From the NCBI GenBank assembly GCA_034421435.1, contig DAOUKJ010000048.1, forward strand, positions 1,240 to 65,239: 64,000 bases of DNA, given 5' to 3'. Under the pieces are notes generated by a model that saw only the letters and a program-made list of their open reading frames with translations, searched no databases and was not told the DNA's origin. The position numbers and the translations under genes are program-made. The stretch comes from Dehalococcoidia bacterium (lineage in GTDB: Bacteria > Chloroflexota > Dehalococcoidia > Lucifugimonadales > UBA2985). Positions 45,489 through 54,867 of this stretch are shown here, piece after piece (position 1 is the first letter of the stretch; every line of letters begins with the position of its first letter).

Positions 45489-47180
45489 CTACAGCAGCTC
45501 CCTGACGGCCTCAGCCACGCCTGCAAGCTCCACGGCGCGGCCTTCCGACTCATCGCGCCGCCTCACCTCCGCGGCGCCCTCGCGCAGGCCGCGAGGGCCA
45601 ACCACCACTCGCACCGGCAGCCCCAGCAGGTCGGCGTCGTTGAACTTCACACCGGCCGACTCCACGCGGTCGTCGTACAGCGTTTCGAGGCCCGCCTCCA
45701 CCAGCTGCGCGTACACGTCACCCGCGGCCTGTGAGACCTCCGGGTCGTCCACGTTCAGAGCCGCCAGGTAAACCTGGAATGGGGCGATTGACGCCGGGAA
45801 CACGATGCCCTTCTCGTCGTTGTTCTGCTCAATGGCGGCAGCAAGCAGACGCCCAACGCCTATCCCGTAGCACCCCATGATGATGGGCTTCTGCGCGCCG
45901 TCGCTGTCCAGGTAGGTGGCCTCCAGAGACTCGCTGTAGAACGTCCCCAGCTTGAACACGTGGCCCACCTCGATCGCCCTGTCGGCCTGCAGAGACGAGT
46001 CGCACTGCGTGCAGCCGTGGCCGGCCTGAGTCAAGGCGATGTCTGCGATCACGTCCGGCTTGATGTCGCGCGGGTAGCAGGCGTTGCGCACGTGGTAGTC
46101 GGGACGGTTGGCGCCCACAACGAAGTTGGCGCCGGTCCGGATGGAGTCGTCGGCGACGGAGCGCATGCCCTCCAACCCGATGGACGATGCGGAGCCTGCC
46201 ACCAGGCCAGCCGCCTCCACCTCCTCCGGCGATGCAAGGCGCAGCTCCCGGCATCCGAGCAGCCGGCTCAGCTTGATCTCGTTCACCTCCAGGTCGCCGC
46301 GTATGGTGACAAACACAACCTCGCCGTCACAGGCATAGAAGACGGCCTTGAGCGTCTTGGAAGCTGGAATGCCAAGATGCACACCCAGGTCCTCGATGGT
46401 CTTCATGCCGGGCGTGTGAATCTCCTCCAGCGGCAGCGGCTCCTCAGGCTCCAGAGGCGGCTTCACGCTCTCCGCTCGTTCCGCGTTGGCCGCGTAGTTG
46501 CAGCCGTAGCAGTGGATTAGCAGGTCCTCCCCGCTTTCGGCGGGCAGCAGGAACTCGTGGGATTCCTTGCCCCCGATTGCTCCGCTGTCGGCCTCCGCCA
46601 TCACGGCGTTCAGTCCGCACCGGCGATAGATGTTCCGGTAGGCCTGCACCATGGCGTCGTAGCTGCGGTCCAGCCCCTCCTCGTCGGCGTCGAAGCTGTA
46701 GGCGTCCTTCATGTCGAATTCGCGCACGCGGATGAGGCCGGCGCGGGGGCGCGGTTCGTCGCGGAACTTGGTCTGGATCTGGTAGAGGATCTGCGGCAGG
46801 TCACGATAGCTGTGGACGTTGGCCTTGACCGTGAGGGTGACCACCTCCTCGTGCGTGGGTGCCATGACCAGCGAGCGCTCACGACGGTCCCGTAGCCCGA
46901 AGAGCGTCTGGCCCATCGCCTCCGCACGGCCGGTGGACTCCCACAGCTCCAGAGGATGAAGCGCGGGCATGCGCAGCTCGTGGCTGCCCGCCGCGTCCAT
47001 CTCCTCCCTGATGATGTTCTCAATCTTGCGGAGGGAGCGCCAGGCGAGCGGCATGTAGGTGTACACGCCGGAGGCCACCTGCCGGATCATGCCGGACTTC
47101 AGAAGGAGGCGATGGCTGGAGGTCTCGGCCTCCGCGGGCTCCTCCCGCAGGGTCTTGCCGAAGAAAGCGGTCATTCGCAT
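45489..47180 (-). CDS. proS: Proline--tRNA ligase
   Basis: 563 aa with class II motifs, a central INS editing domain, and a C-terminal anticodon-binding domain. Confidence 0.9.
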   Translation of the reverse strand: MRMTAFFGKTLREEPAEAETSSHRLLLKSGMIRQVASGVYTYMPLAWRSLRKIENIIREEMDAAGSHELRMPALHPLELWESTGRAEAMGQTLFGLRDRRERSLVMAPTHEEVVTLTVKANVHSYRDLPQILYQIQTKFRDEPRPRAGLIRVREFDMKDAYSFDADEEGLDRSYDAMVQAYRNIYRRCGLNAVMAEADSGAIGGKESHEFLLPAESGEDLLIHCYGCNYAANAERAESVKPPLEPEEPLPLEEIHTPGMKTIEDLGVHLGIPASKTLKAVFYACDGEVVFVTIRGDLEVNEIKLSRLLGCRELRLASPEEVEAAGLVAGSASSIGLEGMRSVADDSIRTGANFVVGANRPDYHVRNACYPRDIKPDVIADIALTQAGHGCTQCDSSLQADRAIEVGHVFKLGTFYSESLEATYLDSDGAQKPIIMGCYGIGVGRLLAAAIEQNNDEKGIVFPASIAPFQVYLAALNVDDPEVSQAAGDVYAQLVEAGLETLYDDRVESAGVKFNDADLLGLPVRVVVGPRGLREGAAEVRRRDESEGRAVELAGVAEAVRELL

Positions 47181-47190
47181 TGGCTTGCCC

Positions 47191-47637
47191 CTATCGGAAC
47201 AGGCCCTTCATGCGGTCGCCGAAGGACTTGGACTTGAACCGCCTCAGCATGCCGGCCCACTCGGCCTCCGCGTCCCCGGAGCGCTTCAGGTCCTTCACGC
47301 GCTGCTTCATGATCTCCAGCACGCGCTTCTCCTCGCCGCTGTCCAGCCAGAAGCCGCACTGCTTTGGGCAGAAGTCCAGCTCCAGGTTGAAGGCGCGGTA
47401 GTGGAACATCTGCATCCCGCTGTCGCAGGCGGGGCAGCGCAGCTCGCTCACGAAAGAGCGGAACATCAGGGAGCCCTTCAACTCGTCATCGTCCATCGCC
47501 CGGTCCTCTAGCTGGTCGAGCTCGTCGTACTCCAGCCACATGCCTTTGCAGGTGGAGCAACGGTCCACCTCGATGTCCTTGAACTTCTCGACTGTCAGTG
47601 TGGACGGGCACCTTGGACAGACCAAACTGTTTCTCAC
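47191..47637 (-). CDS. Zinc-ribbon protein, two zf-TFIIB-like modules
   Basis: CPRCPSTL...VDRCSTCKGMWLEYDELDQL and CPACDSGM...LDFCPKQCGFWLDSGE. Confidence 0.7.
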   Translation of the reverse strand: MRNSLVCPRCPSTLTVEKFKDIEVDRCSTCKGMWLEYDELDQLEDRAMDDDELKGSLMFRSFVSELRCPACDSGMQMFHYRAFNLELDFCPKQCGFWLDSGEEKRVLEIMKQRVKDLKRSGDAEAEWAGMLRRFKSKSFGDRMKGLFR

Positions 47638-47748
47638 AACCTGACCCCCTTCTGCGGAGAGACGCCCAGTATCCGATACTCGGCAGATTATCGCCCGATG
47701 GTGCGCTTGTCAATGAATGCGTGGAGGAGCGGCCTCCTACCTTGGCCA

Positions 47749-47916
47749 CCCCACGCCCGCTCGTGGTGAGCCCGTCGAACCATGCGAGCGGGCTCAGGCA
47801 CGCAACAGCATTCCGCTCATTTCCTTCGACAAGCTCAGGATGAGCGGAATATGAATCCTGGTCGTCGTGAAACCCCACGCCCGCTCGTGGTGAGCCTGTC
47901 GAACCATGCGAGCGGG
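47749..47916. repeat. REP/MITE-like palindromic repeat cluster C
   Basis: A 44-bp direct repeat, ccccacgcccgctcgtggtgagcc(c/t)gtcgaaccatgcgagcggg, at 47749-47792 and 47873-47916 with 1 mismatch. The copies flank ccgctcatttccttcgacaagctcaggatgagcgg (47813-47847). Confidence 0.9.
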
Positions 47917-47935
47917 CACGCCTAGCCCAAAGGCG

Positions 47936-48361
47936 CTACTGCGTAGACGGCCAGTGGCCTGCAACAGGGAAGGCCTCGTCGGCGCCGGGCCAAGGAGGCA
48001 TGGTGACGATCACAAACCTGAGTGGGCGGTCGCCGGTCGCCCTGAACTGGAAGTGAGCGCCAACAGGGATCGACAGGCTCACGCCCGGGGCCACGTCCAC
48101 GACCCGCTCCTCGTCGCCGAGTCTCCTCCACACCTGCCCGGCGCCCTCAAGAAAGTACCAGACCTCCTCGACCGTCCTGTGGGCTACGGGCGATGACACT
48201 TCTCCGGGGTTGAGGGTGCAGTGCACCATGCTCCCCCGGCTCGTCACCGATAGCAGCCGGATCTCCGAGCCGTCGGGCGCAAGAACGTCCCGGTCATTCG
48301 GAAGCTCCTTGTAATCCAGTTCCTGATTCATGACGGTTGGCCTGCTGGTTGGAATGATCAT
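47936..48361 (-). CDS. Cupin-domain protein
   Basis: 141 aa. The cupin-like beta-barrel pattern (...HRTVEEVWYFLEGAGQVW...GVSLSIPVGAHFQF) is recognised at motif level only. Confidence 0.6.
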   Translation of the reverse strand: MIIPTSRPTVMNQELDYKELPNDRDVLAPDGSEIRLLSVTSRGSMVHCTLNPGEVSSPVAHRTVEEVWYFLEGAGQVWRRLGDEERVVDVAPGVSLSIPVGAHFQFRATGDRPLRFVIVTMPPWPGADEAFPVAGHWPSTQ

Positions 48362-48419
48362 ACCACGCTACGCGCCCGCCACGTTATAATGCGAGGCACA
48401 GTTACCGCACGCAAACATC

Positions 48420-49397
48420 ATGAAGTACCGCAGCGTTGCAGACACCGGAATCGAGGTCTCCGCAGTGGGCCTCGACTTGTGGTCGCTCGTCGGGCCGGAG
48501 GCGGCTTGGCGCGATGAGCGCGAGGCTCTCGCGCTGCTCAGCGAGGCCATCGACCTGGGCGTCACCCTCTTCGACACGGCAGACGTCCACGGCCGCGGCT
48601 ACGGCGAAGAGCTGCTCGCGCGGGCGCTCGGCAGGGGCCGCAGCCGCTTCGTCGTCTCCACCAAGGCGGGATACGACTTCTACTCAGTCCCGATGCTGGA
48701 GCCGGACGCCGCGCCCGCCCAGGACTTCTCCCCTGCGTACATCCGCCGCGCCTGCGAGGAGAGTCTGAGACGCCTGAAAAGCGACTATATCGACGTGTTC
48801 CACCTCCACTTTCCGCCCTGGGAGGCGTTGGAGTCGGACGAGCTTATCGAGACGCTGGAGGCGTTGGTGCGGGAGGGCAAGGTGCGCTGCTACGGCGTGG
48901 CAGTGGCGTCGGACGCGGAGCGCCTCGACGAAGGTGCGCAGACCGTGCGGGAGCGTCGCATCGCCGCCCTGCAGATCGCTCACAACATCTTGTGGCAGGA
49001 GCACGCACGACAACTGGCGCCCGCGGGGCAGCCGGACGCGGCGGCACTCCTGTGCCGCGCTCCTCACGCCTCCGGCCTGCTTGACGGCGCCATTAACGCG
49101 AACGCCGCCCAGCCCGACGCGGATGACCGTCTACAGGAAGGCCTGAAGAAGCTACAAATGCTGGACTTCCTGACGCACGAGAGCGACGCTACGCTGGGCC
49201 AGGTTGCGCTTCAGTTCGTGTTGTCCGACGTCCGGGCGGCCTCAGCCCTGCCCACCGTCACGAGCCTGAACAGGCTGCGCGAGTTCGCCGCGGCGGCGGA
49301 CATGCCGGAGCTAGACGCCGCCACGCTATCACGCATCAACGAGCTGTACGAAGCGGGTTTCGACCCGGAGGGGACAGAGCCGGAGCGCGGAGGCTAG
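48420..49397 (+). CDS. Aldo/keto reductase
   Basis: GIEVSAVGLDLW...GVTLFDTADVHGRGYGEELL...KSDYIDVFHLH... Confidence 0.8.
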   Translation: MKYRSVADTGIEVSAVGLDLWSLVGPEAAWRDEREALALLSEAIDLGVTLFDTADVHGRGYGEELLARALGRGRSRFVVSTKAGYDFYSVPMLEPDAAPAQDFSPAYIRRACEESLRRLKSDYIDVFHLHFPPWEALESDELIETLEALVREGKVRCYGVAVASDAERLDEGAQTVRERRIAALQIAHNILWQEHARQLAPAGQPDAAALLCRAPHASGLLDGAINANAAQPDADDRLQEGLKKLQMLDFLTHESDATLGQVALQFVLSDVRAASALPTVTSLNRLREFAAAADMPELDAATLSRINELYEAGFDPEGTEPERGG

Positions 49398-49795
49398 CAG
49401 CCGTCTCGTGCCCGCAGCCGATTACGTAGACAACCAGGACTATCCGGGCTACGATAACGTTGCAGATCCGAGAGATGGTCTGACCACGGTATGCGTTGCT
49501 CACCTCAAGAGAGGGCGCTTCGGCGGTCAGACGCACCGGTAAATTGGAATGTTGCAGAAGGACATGCCGATCTTGCGCTTATGGAACATCTCCTCTGCCA
49601 AATTCAGCACTCACGTTATGGCTGTCAGGCCTCTCTGAGTGGAACATTCGAGAATTGAGCAAGATTAGACTGAAATCGTGCCTGAACAGGCTTGACGAGC
49701 GAGACTGAGGAATCGTAGATTAGTAGGCTGCCAACTAGGCGGTAGGGAGCGTAGGTGAACTACACACGCAGGCAGGAAAATCGCAAGGAGGCGAC

Positions 49796-49981
49796 ATGGA
49801 AGAGCTGAAGGCATATTCGGTGAAGCTGCGGAAGATGGTGACCATCAAGGACCCGGAGTTGGTGACCCTCAAGAATGGACGTAAGGCTGTCCGCGGCGTC
49901 GCGGAGGAAGACCCATCCAACAAGGTTCTCAGAATCGTGAGTGAGAAGCAGGCGGAAGAGATCCGAGGCATGCTCGGCTGA
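49796..49981 (+). CDS. Small protein resembling DUF5679-type zinc-ribbon proteins but lacking the Cys ligands
   Basis: 61 aa, with AAGGAGG 6 nt upstream of the ATG. LKAYSVKLRKMVTIKDPELVTLKNGRKAVRGV...KVLRIV resembles (from memory) AYCVKCR...VTLKNGR.A..G.C..CG.K..RI. Confidence 0.4.
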   Translation: MEELKAYSVKLRKMVTIKDPELVTLKNGRKAVRGVAEEDPSNKVLRIVSEKQAEEIRGMLG

Positions 49982-50192
49982 TCGGCGCCTCATCCCACTT
50001 CACAGGGGCGGTATTGCAACCTTGCCCCTGCACTTCCAAGACCTCAAGGCCCTTCAGGCGGAGGAGACGCAGGCACTTGACTCCACCCCGACTCGTTGAG
50101 CGTGGGACGGTCAAGGCGTGTCTCTGAGGTTTCCCGCGGGGTCTGAAGTGTCGATCGCGCACCAAGTCGGCTCGCTCCAAGGCGAGTTGATT

Positions 50193-50336
50193 CGGCGTGG
50201 CGGTAGCATTGGACGCGAACCCGCTCGACGAAGGGGCGCAGGCCGTGCGCTTCACCCCGCCACGCTATCACGCATCAACGGGCTGTACGAAGCGGAGTTC
50301 GGTCCAGCAGCGAATGAGCCGGAGCAGGGCGGCTAG
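50193..50336 (+). pseudogene. Decayed aldo/keto reductase fragment
   Basis: 50193-50249 resembles 48893-48949 and 50257-50336 resembles 49318-49397 (14 mismatches in 80 nt). The two parts are in different frames and about 370 nt of intervening gene are missing. Confidence 0.75.
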
Positions 50337-50821
50337 TAGCCGTTCTGAGCCCGCCGCCGCTGAGCGTGGCGCGAGGTGACCTTACGCATCTCCTGCTCCA
50401 GCAGCTCGAAGTCCGCCTTGGGCAGGATGTGGAGATTGCCCTGGAACGCCAGGGGCCACATCTCCGGGGGCCACCTGCGCACGTACTCCATCCGCGGGCC
50501 AATTTCCCTGGCATCCAAGAACTGCTCGTCTGCCAGGGCCACCTCTGCCCGTATGCTCACGCGCCACGGGAAGTCATCCGCTTTGCCGTCGCTCTTCCAG
50601 ATGACCTCGTGGTCCTCCGAGCACTTTGACGTGACGGTGGCCGTTGCCCCGAAAACCTGCGAGCCGGTGATGTAGTAGACCAGCCTGTCGCCCGGCTCCA
50701 TGCGCTGCGCCTTGCGTCGCTGGCGGGACATCATGCCCTGCAGCGTGAAGTCCAGCTTGCGCGTGATGCGGAAGTTTTCGAGGGAGCTGGCCACCATCCA
50801 GTAGGTCTTGCCTCTAGCCAC
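50333..50821 (-). CDS. EVE/PUA-like domain protein
   Basis: KTYWMVASS...RRKAQRMEPGDRLVYYITGSQVFGATATV...FPWRVSIRAEV. I chose GTG 50821 (GGGAGAG upstream); the 5' extension to 50974 runs through repeat cluster D. Confidence 0.6.
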   Translation of the reverse strand: MARGKTYWMVASSLENFRITRKLDFTLQGMMSRQRRKAQRMEPGDRLVYYITGSQVFGATATVTSKCSEDHEVIWKSDGKADDFPWRVSIRAEVALADEQFLDAREIGPRMEYVRRWPPEMWPLAFQGNLHILPKADFELLEQEMRKVTSRHAQRRRAQNGY

Positions 50822-50942
50822 TGCTCTCTCCCGATGTATCGAATACGGGTTGCACGCCGTGCCGCCATAGTACCACGCAGCGGGCGGCTCGGCAAACGCG
50901 GGGCGTGAGTGTGTGGCTTTTCGATTATGGCCAGCGGAGTGA

Positions 50943-51043
50943 TCTCCCCGCTCATGGTGAGCCGGTCGAACCATATGAGCGGGAGGATTTAAGGAGATTT
51001 AGTCTCCCCGCTCATTTCCTTCGACGAGCTCAGGACGAGCGGG
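50943..51043. repeat. REP/MITE-like palindromic repeat cluster D
   Basis: tctccccgctcatggtgagccggtcgaaccatatgagcggg (50943-50983) and tctccccgctcatttccttcgacgagctcaggacgagcggg (51003-51043). Confidence 0.85.
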
Positions 51044-51174
51044 ATCGGGGCCAATGCTAAACTGCCTACTTTCGCAGCAAGAGTCCGAATGAGCAGTCCC
51101 GGAAGACAACGGCCCCGGGTGTGGCCGCGGAGTCACCGGGTGAAGCGGTGGGCGCCCATTCACTGATCCCGCAC

Positions 51175-51840
51175 CTACAGGTTGCTGCGGAGCACGGCCA
51201 CCACCTTGCCCTGGACCTCCAGGTTCTCCGGGTCCACGTAGATGGGGCTCATGGTGGAGTTGGCGGGTTGGAGCCTGACACGATCGCCCTCGTTGTAGAG
51301 GCGCTTGAGCGTGACCTCCTTCTCCGTCTGAAGCCACGCCACCACCATGTCGCCGTTCCTCACGGAGTCCACGGGGCGCACGATGACCACGTCGCCGTCG
51401 TCCACCAGGGCGTCGATCATGGATGTTCCCTTTACCCGCAGCGCGTAGGCGTCGGCCGGGACCTCGCCCAGGAGGCCCTGCGGCACCTCCAGCTCGTCGA
51501 TGGCCTCGAAGTCGCTCCACGACTCCTGAGTGGGCACGGGTGTCGGCTCACCTGCGGCGATGTATCCGAGCACCGGCACTCGTCCGCGCCGCCGGCCGCC
51601 CACCAGCACCTCGATGCCGCGGGACACCTCGCGGTCGCGGCGGATGTGACCCAACCGCTCCAGTATGCGGAGGTTGTAGTCGACCACGGACGTGGAGCTT
51701 ATGCTGCACGCCTGCTGAATGTCGCGGATCGTGGGGGGATAGCTGTGCTCCTCATAGAAGGACTGGATGAACTCCAGGATACGCTGCTGCCTTGTGCTGA
51801 GACCTTTCTTTGCCAATGGACCACTCCTCAATGAACGCAT
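51175..51840 (-). CDS. lexA: LexA repressor
   Basis: N-terminal winged HTH (LSTRQQRILEFIQSFYEEHSYPPTIRDI) and a C-terminal S24 peptidase domain (VKGTSMIDA...). Confidence 0.9.
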   Translation of the reverse strand: MRSLRSGPLAKKGLSTRQQRILEFIQSFYEEHSYPPTIRDIQQACSISSTSVVDYNLRILERLGHIRRDREVSRGIEVLVGGRRRGRVPVLGYIAAGEPTPVPTQESWSDFEAIDELEVPQGLLGEVPADAYALRVKGTSMIDALVDDGDVVIVRPVDSVRNGDMVVAWLQTEKEVTLKRLYNEGDRVRLQPANSTMSPIYVDPENLEVQGKVVAVLRSNL

Positions 51841-51844
51841 GTTC
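51833..51844. promoter_or_regulatory. SOS (LexA) box, GAAC-N4-GTTC
   Basis: Palindrome GAACGCATGTTC overlapping the lexA ATG and lying 6 nt downstream of the predicted -10. Confidence 0.6.
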
Positions 51845-51850
51845 GTTGGG

Positions 51851-51879
51851 AAGATAGCACATGTGATTCAACCTGTCAA
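51851..51879 (-). promoter_or_regulatory. lexA promoter
   Basis: The minus strand reads TTGACA, a 17-nt spacer, then TATCTT preceded by TGC (extended -10). Confidence 0.45.
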
Positions 51880-51940
51880 TGGGCGCTTGTCCCGTGTTGA
51901 TTTCCCTTGCCCCTTGTGGGCGGCTTGCCTATAATCAGCC

Positions 51941-52807
51941 GTGGCACGGGAGGGTTGGGGCATCATCTGCGGCTGGGCCGCTAACCGGGGCCGTCGCAGA
52001 CCGATGGAAAGGCAGGCACAGATGAACGAGACAGGCGCTCAGCCCCCGGGGACATATCAGGCCCTGGACAGCGTCGTCGAGCGGCTGCTGGCCCCCGGCG
52101 GCTGCCCCTGGGACCGGCAGCAGACCCACCAATCGCTCAAGCGCTACCTCCTGGAGGAGTGCTACGAGCTGATGGAAGCCATCGACGCCGGCGACCCCAA
52201 GGACATGCTGGAGGAGCTGGGCGATCTTCTGGCACAGGTTGTCTTCCACATACGGCTGGCGGAGGAGGCCGGGACGTTCACCGCCGAGGACGTTTTCGGC
52301 GCAGTAGTGGACAAGCTGGAGCGCAGGCACCCCCACGTTTTCGGCGACGATCAGGCCGACACGCCGGAACAGGTGAAGGCCAGGTGGGAGGAGATCAAGC
52401 GTCAGGAGCGCGGCGAGTCCGCTTCCAGGCTGGGGCAGGTGCCGGACTACCTGCCCGCGCTCGCGCAGGCGCAACTGATCCAGGACCGGGCTGCGCTAGC
52501 CGCCTTCGACTGGGACCGCGCGGACGACGTGCTAGAGAAGGTGGAAGAGGAGGTGCGCGAGCTGGGCGAAGCCACAACCGACGATGAGCGTGAGGCCGAG
52601 ATGGGCGACGTGCTGTTCTCGCTGGTGAACTCGGGCCGGTGGCTTGGGATACGTATGGAGGACTCGCTGCGAGGCGCCAACCGACGCTTCACTCGTCGGT
52701 TCGTGCACATGGAGCGCCTCTGCGCGGAGCGCGGAGTAGACTTCGCAGGCCTGACCATGGAGGAGAAGGAAGCTCTGTGGCAGGAAGCCAAGAGGAGCGT
52801 GGGCTAG
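51941..52807 (+). CDS. mazG: MazG-family nucleoside triphosphate pyrophosphohydrolase
   Basis: [27 protein letters not shown], plus a second MazG repeat (EEVRELGEA...[11 protein letters not shown]). The start is GTG 51941 (5 nt after TATAAT) or ATG 52004. Confidence 0.85.
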   Translation: MAREGWGIICGWAANRGRRRPMERQAQMNETGAQPPGTYQALDSVVERLLAPGGCPWDRQQTHQSLKRYLLEECYELMEAIDAGDPKDMLEELGDLLAQVVFHIRLAEEAGTFTAEDVFGAVVDKLERRHPHVFGDDQADTPEQVKARWEEIKRQERGESASRLGQVPDYLPALAQAQLIQDRAALAAFDWDRADDVLEKVEEEVRELGEATTDDEREAEMGDVLFSLVNSGRWLGIRMEDSLRGANRRFTRRFVHMERLCAERGVDFAGLTMEEKEALWQEAKRSVG

Positions 52808-52844
52808 CCCCGCTTCATCAATCGAAGAAAGGCAGGAAGTTGCC

Positions 52845-53954
52845 ATGCGGTACAACGTAGCTCTACTACCGGGGGACGGAGTAGGACCGGAGGTCATCGC
52901 AGAGGGTGTGAAGGTCCTCCGGCGCGTGGAGCAGGTCACGGACGCGTCGTTCAACCTGGAGACCGAACTCGTCGGGGGCATCGCCATTGACGAGGTGGGC
53001 AACCCACTGCCCGCGGCGGCACTGGACCTGGCGCGCAGGAGCCACGCGGTGCTCTTTGGAGCGGTCGGCGGCCCCAAGTGGGACAACCCGCTGGCGCCGC
53101 ACCGCCCGGAGGACGCCATACTCGGCCTCCGGAAGGCCCTGGGGCTGTTCGCCAACCTGCGACCGGTCAAGGTCTTCCCCTCCCTCATCAATTCAAGCTC
53201 CATCAAGCCGTCCGTCCTTGAGGGCGTGGACATCCTGGTGATCCGCGAGCTGACCGGCGGCCTCTACTTCGCCAAGCCGAAGAAGCGGTGGCAGACCTCC
53301 CGCGGCCGGCGCGGCGTCGACACGCTGCGTTACACCGAGGGCGAGATCGAGAGGGCGCTGCGCGTGGGTTTCGAGTCGGCGCGCAGGCGTCGCGGCAAGC
53401 TCACGTCCGTGGACAAGGCGAACGTGCTGGAGAGCTCACGCCTTTGGCGCGAGATCGCCATCGAGGTCGGGCGCGAGTACCCGGACGTGGAGCTGGAGCA
53501 CATGCTGGTGGACTCGTGCGCGATGGCCCTGGTGAGGACGCCGTCGCGGTTCGACGTGCTGGTGGCGGAGAACATGTTCGGCGACATCCTCACGGACGAG
53601 GCTGCGATCCTGGCCGGCTCGCTCGGCATGTTGCCGTCGGCCAGCCTGGCCGGCATACCACGCGAGGAGGGCAGCCGAGGCCGCCCGGCGCTGGGCCTCT
53701 ACGAGCCGATCCACGGCACCGCGCCGGACATTGCCGGGCAGGGCAAGGCCAACCCGATCGCCACCATCCTGAGCGTTGCGTTCATGCTCCGCTACTCGCT
53801 GAACCTGTCGGCAGCGGCCGCAGCGGTGGAGCAGGCCGTGCAGCGCGTGCTGGAGCAGGGCTACCGCACTCAGGACATCGCTGAGGAGGGCGCGGGCAGC
53901 GTGCTGAGCACCGGAGAGATGGGCCAGCGCATAGTGGACGCGATTGAGTTGTAG
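52845..53954 (+). CDS. leuB: 3-isopropylmalate dehydrogenase
   Basis: [13 protein letters not shown]...NLRP...[13 protein letters not shown]...[11 protein letters not shown]. Confidence 0.9.
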   Translation: MRYNVALLPGDGVGPEVIAEGVKVLRRVEQVTDASFNLETELVGGIAIDEVGNPLPAAALDLARRSHAVLFGAVGGPKWDNPLAPHRPEDAILGLRKALGLFANLRPVKVFPSLINSSSIKPSVLEGVDILVIRELTGGLYFAKPKKRWQTSRGRRGVDTLRYTEGEIERALRVGFESARRRRGKLTSVDKANVLESSRLWREIAIEVGREYPDVELEHMLVDSCAMALVRTPSRFDVLVAENMFGDILTDEAAILAGSLGMLPSASLAGIPREEGSRGRPALGLYEPIHGTAPDIAGQGKANPIATILSVAFMLRYSLNLSAAAAAVEQAVQRVLEQGYRTQDIAEEGAGSVLSTGEMGQRIVDAIEL

Positions 53955-54033
53955 CAGAAAGTGGGGCGAATGCCGGCATGATGTCGAGCGCATAGGTGGC
54001 GCCTTTGGACGACAAAGTGATTACCTGGCTGGG

Positions 54034-54651
54034 ATGCGAAAACAAAGTGGAACCTGGGTAGCAATAGGCCTCGTCGCTGCCTGTGGAGCATTCGTCGCCA
54101 TAAGCTTGCTGATTGGCCCCCTGCTACCGAAGCCTGCGTCCACTGGACCCGGAGGGCCATGCCCGACCGCGCCTCCGTACGATGCAGGGCATATGCCCAT
54201 AGAGACGTACATGAGTCAAGCGGACTCAATCGTCGTTGGGACCGTCGGGCAGGGTGAGGCTGAGATGCAGGCAGGTCGCAGCTTCTATCAGGACTGGGAA
54301 CTGGACGTAGAGCTGTATCTGACAGACGCGCTGCCCTACGATACCATTGTGGTGCGTACGTTCACGGGCGCTACAGATGCCGGAGGCGACCGCATGCCGG
54401 TCAAGATGCCCCGGCTGGCGCAAGGAGAGCGGGTCTTGCTGTTCCTCAACAAGGACTGGGACGCACCGCCCCTGGCGAGCCATGAGTTCGTTATGCCCGA
54501 CCCGCTGGGAGGCAAGTTCCTAATCGTGGACGACGAGGTGCATGTGCGGTATGCGGATGAAGAGGCGCTATCCAGCAGAGGCCTGTCGGAAACTGTGTCG
54601 AGAATCACCGACCGTATAGCAGCCTGCGATGGAGTGGGAGCAGCTCGATGA
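54034..54651 (+). CDS. Hypothetical membrane-anchored/secreted protein
   Basis: I chose ATG 54034. It has an N-terminal TM segment (WVAIGLVAACGAFVAISLLIG). No family recognised. Confidence 0.4.
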   Translation: MRKQSGTWVAIGLVAACGAFVAISLLIGPLLPKPASTGPGGPCPTAPPYDAGHMPIETYMSQADSIVVGTVGQGEAEMQAGRSFYQDWELDVELYLTDALPYDTIVVRTFTGATDAGGDRMPVKMPRLAQGERVLLFLNKDWDAPPLASHEFVMPDPLGGKFLIVDDEVHVRYADEEALSSRGLSETVSRITDRIAACDGVGAAR

Positions 54652-54867
54652 ATCAGATGGGGTACCCCGATGCTCCAGCCGACATTTGCATCAAGCGAGT
54701 CTTACTCGCCGATTCCGCTCAAGACTGGACAACCGGTCGCGTACTCTCTATCATCTAGATAGCGACGCTCCCGGGCGCGCATTGCTGGCAACCTTCAGTA
54801 TCCAACTCCGACCTGCATTTGTGGCCGGAGGGAGATACAAGACATCGGCCGCGAGGGATGGGCCGCC

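Noticed and set aside
50003-50030. Intrinsic terminator after the 61-aa gene
   Set aside because: The 7-bp stem (CAGGGGC/GCCCCTG) has a 14-nt loop and no downstream T-tract, which is too weak to call.
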